A stretch of DNA of 64,000 nucleotides from the NCBI GenBank assembly GCA_020137815.1, contig CM035361.1:4774001-4838000 (forward strand), read 5' to 3'. The notes beneath the pieces were generated by a model that saw only the letters and a program-made list of their open reading frames with translations, ran no database searches and was not told where the DNA came from. This document shows, piece after piece, positions 60,301 through 64,000 of the stretch (position 1 is its first letter; each line of letters begins with the position of its first letter). This stretch comes from Hormiphora californensis. Lineage: Eukaryota > Animalia > Ctenophora. The position numbers and the translations under genes are program-made.

Positions 60301-61681
60301 GGGTAAACTATCCTCTCTGGAACGGGGTAAACTATCCTCTCAGGAACGGGGTATGGGGTAGACTATCCTCTCTGGGACGGGGCAACTCTCCTCTGTGAAG
60401 CGGGGTAACTATCCTCTCAGGAACGGGGTATGGGGTAGACTATCCTCTCTGGGACGGGGCAACTATCCTCTGTGAAGCGGGGTAAACTATCCTCTCTGGA
60501 ACGGGGTATGAGGTAGACTATCCTCTCTGGGACGGGGCAACTATCCTCTGTGAAGCGGGGTAAACTATCCTCTCCGGAGCGGGGTAAACTATCCTCTCCG
60601 GAATGGGGTAACTATCCTCTCCGGAACGGGGCTACTATCCTCTGTGAAGCGGGGTAAACTATCCTCTCTGGGACGGGGTAAACTATCTTCTCAGGAACGG
60701 GGTAAGGGGGACTATCCTCTCTGGGACGGGGCAACTATCCTCTGTGAAGCGGGGTAGACTATCCTCTCTGGGACGGGGTTAACTATCCTCTAAGGAACAG
60801 GGTAATGAAAATGGTTAGGGGGTTAGTAGATTAGTATCAGGATTGGTTAGTGGGTTAGTAGATAAAGGGGCATTGGAGGTCCACAGGTGGCTGGAAGGTG
60901 CCTGTTCCACGGGTAACCCTAAGCCGGAGAAGGCGGGGTAGGAACATAGTAGTTGGCGATGATACACTGTGGGCCGCCTAGCCAAGAAGATCTTTTTGTG
61001 TTTTTTGTATTTTATGATTTTTTTCCGTATTTTTGATACACAGCCACGCTTAGCCACGGCCACACGGACCTGAAAATCGATCAAGGGGAAAAGGGGATGG
61101 GGAAAAGGTACTCCGTGTGACCCTGTTGCCCGGGGGAAACCGATAGGAGGTGGTGGCAGGTGGACCAACTCCCCCCCTCTCTCCTCTCTCTCTTCGAGGA
61201 GAGAGGGAGCGCGAGAGAGTAGGAGAGCGAGAGCGCGCAGTCGCGAGAGAGGAGAGCGAGGCGTCGAGGAGAGAGCCGCGCGCGCCGCGAGCGCGCGCCG
61301 AGGCGCGAGAGCGAGACGAGAGCGAGAGCGCGAGAGAGAGAGCGCGAGCGCGGCGCGCGAGAGCGAGCGAGAGAGAGAGAGAGGCGGAGAGGCGGTGAGC
61401 GAGCGCGTCGCGCGAGAGCGCTGCGCGCAGCGAGAGAGGAGCGCTCGATCGCGAGCGCGCGAGCTAGAGCGAGAGCGCGCGAAAGCGCGCGTAGTCGGCG
61501 AGAGCGTGCGAGCGAGAGCGAGGCGAGAGAGCGAGCGAGAGAGAGAGCGCGAGACGAGAGAGCGACGCGAGGTGAGTTCAGGAGATAGAGAGAGCGAGAG
61601 AGAGCGGAGCGCGCTAGCGAGAGCAGCGAGAGCGACGAGCAGAGAGAGAGAGAGCGGTCTCGCGCGCGACGAGAGACGATC

Positions 61682-61721
<40 letters not shown>

Positions 61722-61742
61722 GAGAGAGAAGAGGAGAGCGAG

Positions 61743-61774
<32 letters not shown>

Positions 61775-62065
61775 GAGAGAGAGAAGAGAAGAGAGAGAAG
61801 GAGAGAGCGCGAGAGAGAGAGAGAGTAGAGAGGAGAGGATCAAAGACGCGCGAGAGAGATCGAGAGAGAGAGAGAAGAGCGCGAGCGCGAGAGAGAGAGC
61901 GCGCTCGATAGAGCGAGAGAGAGAGAGCGAGATGAGGGAGAGAGAGAGATGATCGGTAGCGAGATCGATCGTCTAGCGACCAGTCTATCGAGAGCTATTC
62001 TCGCACGCGCTCGCGCCTATCAGATAGATCGAATCTTCTCTCTCTTCTTAGCTTCTATAGAGAGC

Positions 62066-62098
<33 letters not shown>

Positions 62099-63767
62099 CA
62101 TCGTTGTGGTAGATAAACAATTGTTTTGGTGGAAACGATTCGACACAATACATTTTATCGTCAACGATCTATCACGTGACACAAATACCCATAGATGGTA
62201 TGCCCATAATCCATATATGGTGTGTTTTACTCACGTGATATCTTTGCATGTTCCAGTGAAAATGTAGACTAAAACTCCCACAAATGAAGCGTAGAGTCCA
62301 TAGTTAGGTGGTAACTCTGAAATTAGTTATATATAGGTTAGTTATTCGAGTATTCTACAGTCGGACCCCGATTTAACGGCACCCTCGGGGGAAAGGGTTT
62401 TGTCCGTTAAATCGGGGTGTCCGTTAAATCGGGGTAGAGCATATTTGGCCCATAAAACTCTATTTTTGTCCAAAATGCTATACTAAAACACCTCTAAGTG
62501 TTAAATGCAATGTCCATGTATTGATTACATGATCATTTCTGATTAGAAAAAGAAAGTAATTTCAAAATAATTTCAAAATAAGTTATAAAAATTTTCTAAG
62601 GTACTATATCAACCATGTCCGAATCGTTTATCGAATCAGTGCATCTTATTGCATGTCTTGCTGCTAATTAGACGAACCGATACGTGATACCATGCCGAAT
62701 CGGGGCACTTTAAGCGGGGTGATGAAGAATTTGAATTTCAAAATATATTTTTCTCTGAAAATTCATGGGGAGCACCGATCAAAGCACTGACAATCATTCT
62801 GTAAAATTTTGCAAAAAAAAGTTATGAAAATTTTTCAAAGGTATATCAACCACGTCCGAATCGTGTTTCGAATCAGTGCATCTTATCGCACGTCCTGTCG
62901 CTAATTAGACGATTCGAAACGAACCGATACGTGATCCCCATGAGGCCAGTTTAACAAGCGTCAAAATTGCGATTCGATGGGTCTCATGGGGATCACATAT
63001 CTGTTCGTTTCAAACCGTCTAATTACCGGCAAGACATGCAATAAGATGCACCGATTCGAAACACGATTCGGACGTGGTTTTTCAAAAAAATTTCAAAAAA
63101 AAATTTTTGGGGGAAATTTATCCTGCCGTTAAATCGGGGTGCCGCTAAATCGGGGGCCGTTAAATCGGGGTCCGACTGTATATATAATATAGTTAGAGTA
63201 TTTCATGCTGAGGTATGAGAGTATAAAAAACATGAAAGAGTTTGACCGGATATGAAAAAGAAAATATGCATTGGAAATAATGTAAACCCGGAAAATCAAG
63301 GGACAAGGGGATATTTATGTATAGGTTTTGCTACCCCATTTCTCTCTCCACATACATGACAGGAAATTACAGGCTGCCTCCTAAAACCTTGTCTATAGGT
63401 AATGTAACTTGTTTGAAAATATATTGCAATACGCATTAAAACTACCTGCTAAGTGAGCGTACGCCAACCCTTGAGGTATTACCATCATACCGACTGTGAG
63501 ACCTGTAAAAGCGTTAAATTATTATTAAATGTGAATATATTTGAAGAGGAATCTATCCGAAGTCTATTAAAACACTATTTTGGTTTCTAAAACTAGGAAA
63601 AAGGAAATTGTTATTGAAGCCAGTGGGCTTACTAGTATGTACATACCTGCTATAATGTCTCCTTGCAGGCATTTCAGATTGTAACCTCGGATCCAATCTA
63701 TACATGGCACTTTTGAGCGTAGGTATCGTCGAATCTTGGACCCGCTACATAGCCCCCCTGTTTCCAT
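44978..63767 (-). CDS. SLC26A11: SLC26/SulP anion transporter with STAS domain (SLC26A11-like), ~681 aa, 19 exons per isoform
   Basis: Exons (minus strand): 63767-63647, 63502-63446, 62316-62235, 54120-54021, 53920-53784, 53141-52998, [52110-51977 or 51048-50918], 50467-50381, 50298-50140, 48790-48684, 48594-48523, 48370-48270, 48180-48064, 47875-47773, 47407-47339, 47168-47071, 45631-45560, 45367-45254, 45148-44978. All junctions are GT-AG and phase-consistent except a 1-nt deficit in exon 16. Motifs GDIIAGLTVG..VIPQGLAYA, YGLY, IGPTA, GFTTAAA, NSQELIALG, GSFSRTA, and STAS IVIDFTTVSFADTTG. Orthology to A11 is a judgement from similarity. Confidence 0.9.
45675..46944. mobile_element. Kolobok-like foldback (TTAA TSD, GG...CC ends)
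   Basis: TTAA|GGGTACACC...GGTGTACCC|TTAA with ~600-bp near-identical inverted arms. Confidence 0.85.
47413..47540. repeat. (GA)n/(CT)n microsatellite abutting the exon 15 acceptor
   Basis: Minus strand reads (CT)n-CCACAG|GGC. Confidence 0.9.
48825..50094. mobile_element. TA-TSD foldback element with ~595-bp inverted arms
   Basis: TA|CTGTGTGATTTTAAATGAC...GTCATTTAAAATCACACAG|TA. Confidence 0.85.
50140..50298 (-). CDS. SLC26 exon 9 encoding a trefoil (P-type)-like domain
   Basis: 159 nt, phase 1-1; SYCEVDVEESLRWTCLASAHTLDNKTLEEAHCKDIGCCWDSNDNATTQCYSK. Confidence 0.8.
50918..51048 (-). CDS. SLC26 alternative exon 7b
   Basis: 131 nt, phase 2-1; RFTVEPGGSIRRKALGITAVWFVGISRNIVVVLGALSIAYAFRN. 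Confidence 0.75.
51401..51802. mobile_element. Palindromic MITE between exons 7a and 7b
   Basis: GGTTGTGTTGAGACTCCTTGGTGTGGGGACCCC and its inverse. Confidence 0.7.
51977..52110 (-). CDS. SLC26 alternative exon 7a
   Basis: 134 nt, phase 2-1; RAYSTTTVRIPRVQDTALRVLWFMGVSRNIIIVLAATITAYLMNY. Confidence 0.8.
52881..52989. mobile_element. 109-bp hAT-type MITE
   Basis: Perfect 8-bp TSD CTTTTTAC at 52873-52880 and 52990-52997. Confidence 0.9.
53666..53774. mobile_element. 109-bp hAT-type MITE
   Basis: Perfect 8-bp TSD GTACTTTA at 53658-53665 and 53775-53782. Confidence 0.9.
54730..59784 (-). pseudogene. R4/Dong-like polyprotein (2 Myb-like repeats, RT, CCHC finger, REL endonuclease), interrupted
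   Basis: RKVWSKQEN and RTKWTTEMN repeats; NFRPITCL, EEQKGC, IDYQKAYDS, GLFQGDS, LYMDDLK, YKYLG; CRIC..ESVEHILNGC, RHD, KPDL..IDV..EK..KY. N-terminal frameshifts; removing 55932-57321 restores AKVKTEYTRRLKKLL. Confidence 0.88.
55932..57321. mobile_element. Kolobok-like foldback (TTAA TSD) inserted in the retrotransposon ORF
   Basis: TTAA|GGGTACGCTAACC...GGTTAGCGTACCC|TTAA with ~600-bp arms; diverged relative of 45675-46944. Confidence 0.88.
60069..60803 (-). repeat. Higher-order minisatellite (~23-29-bp units, core GGGGTAAACTATCCTCTC) in the retrotransposon 5' UTR
   Basis: Read directly. Confidence 0.9.
61043..61176 (-). ncRNA. HDV-like self-cleaving ribozyme (predicted)
   Basis: P1 GGGGGGA/UUCCCCC, P2 GCCAC/GUGGC, P3 ACC/GGU, L3 UCCUAUC, P1.1 CC/GG then GCAAC, P4 GGUCACACGGA/UCCGUGUGGCC, J4/2 GGCUAAG. 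Confidence 0.8.
61177..62097. repeat. Degenerate (GA)n/(GC) low-complexity tract plus (TC)n, probably low-quality sequence
   Basis: Irregular GA/GC mixture between two (TC)n runs. Confidence 0.7.
62358..63178. mobile_element. Tc1/mariner-type MITE, long form, in SLC26 intron 2
   Basis: TA TSD; inverted near-copy of 10885-11758. Confidence 0.88.
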
Positions 63768-64000
63768 TCCACCCTAGAGTGAATGTTCTTTAAGATAACT
63801 TAATTACTAATTAGGGAGACATACTTCAAAATGCTTAGCTCGAGGGACGAGGTTGCATCGCCAAGGAGAATCGTGGGGTCTGTGAGAGTTCAATTCAATG
63901 GCAATTGGCAGTGCATTTTGGACCTAATCAAGTTAAAAACTTTGTAACTTTGTAATCAACTTCATATATCAACATATAATGGTGTCAGTCCAATCGAACA

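Larger units (their letters stand above)
54317..61176 (-). mobile_element. R4/Dong-like non-LTR retrotransposon with restriction-like endonuclease, in SLC26 intron 3
   Basis: RT + CCHC + PD-(D/E)xK ORF; flanked on both sides by plus-strand TC repeats; ribozyme-like fold at the 5' end. Confidence 0.85.

Noticed and set aside
60069-60803. CRISPR or telomeric array
   Set aside because: A variant minisatellite with recurring, non-unique units inside a retrotransposon 5' UTR.
60815-62060. 342-aa and 185-aa low-complexity ORFs
   Set aside because: Irregular GA/GC sequence that looks like a base-calling failure in a microsatellite.

Overview
Eukaryotic, intron-rich and very transposon-dense DNA. 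It is probably from a ctenophore: I recall the 109-bp repeat translating as QEPTETSKQ..RYL.HVTGYQPIRDQYFLIRSVP from Pleurobrachia gene models, but this is unverified. Host genes were reconstructed by hand from splice sites and codon phase: (1) the 5' part of an unidentified minus-strand gene (~3.1-4.3 kb); (2) two tandem 3-exon GPI-anchored Ly6/three-finger genes (10222-21332 and 31778-42986, +); (3) a 19-exon SLC26A11-like anion transporter (44978-63767, -). The SLC26 gene has a mutually exclusive exon pair, an inserted trefoil-domain exon and one apparent 1-nt frameshift. Mobile DNA includes an intact RTE LINE, an R4/Dong-like REL retrotransposon sitting in a (TC)n tract with a 5' HDV-like ribozyme, RTEX-like and ORF1-only LINE remnants, and many nested MITEs and foldbacks. 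The most striking unexplained patterns all concern exon borders: SRF-type CArG boxes (often with an E-box) bracket SLC26 exons 3-13, all three copies of a CCAAT/E-box hAT MITE sit at 5' splice sites, and one intron is a tandem array of 44-nt GT...AG units. Some stretches (12740-13255, 33400-35000, 61200-62060) look poorly polished.
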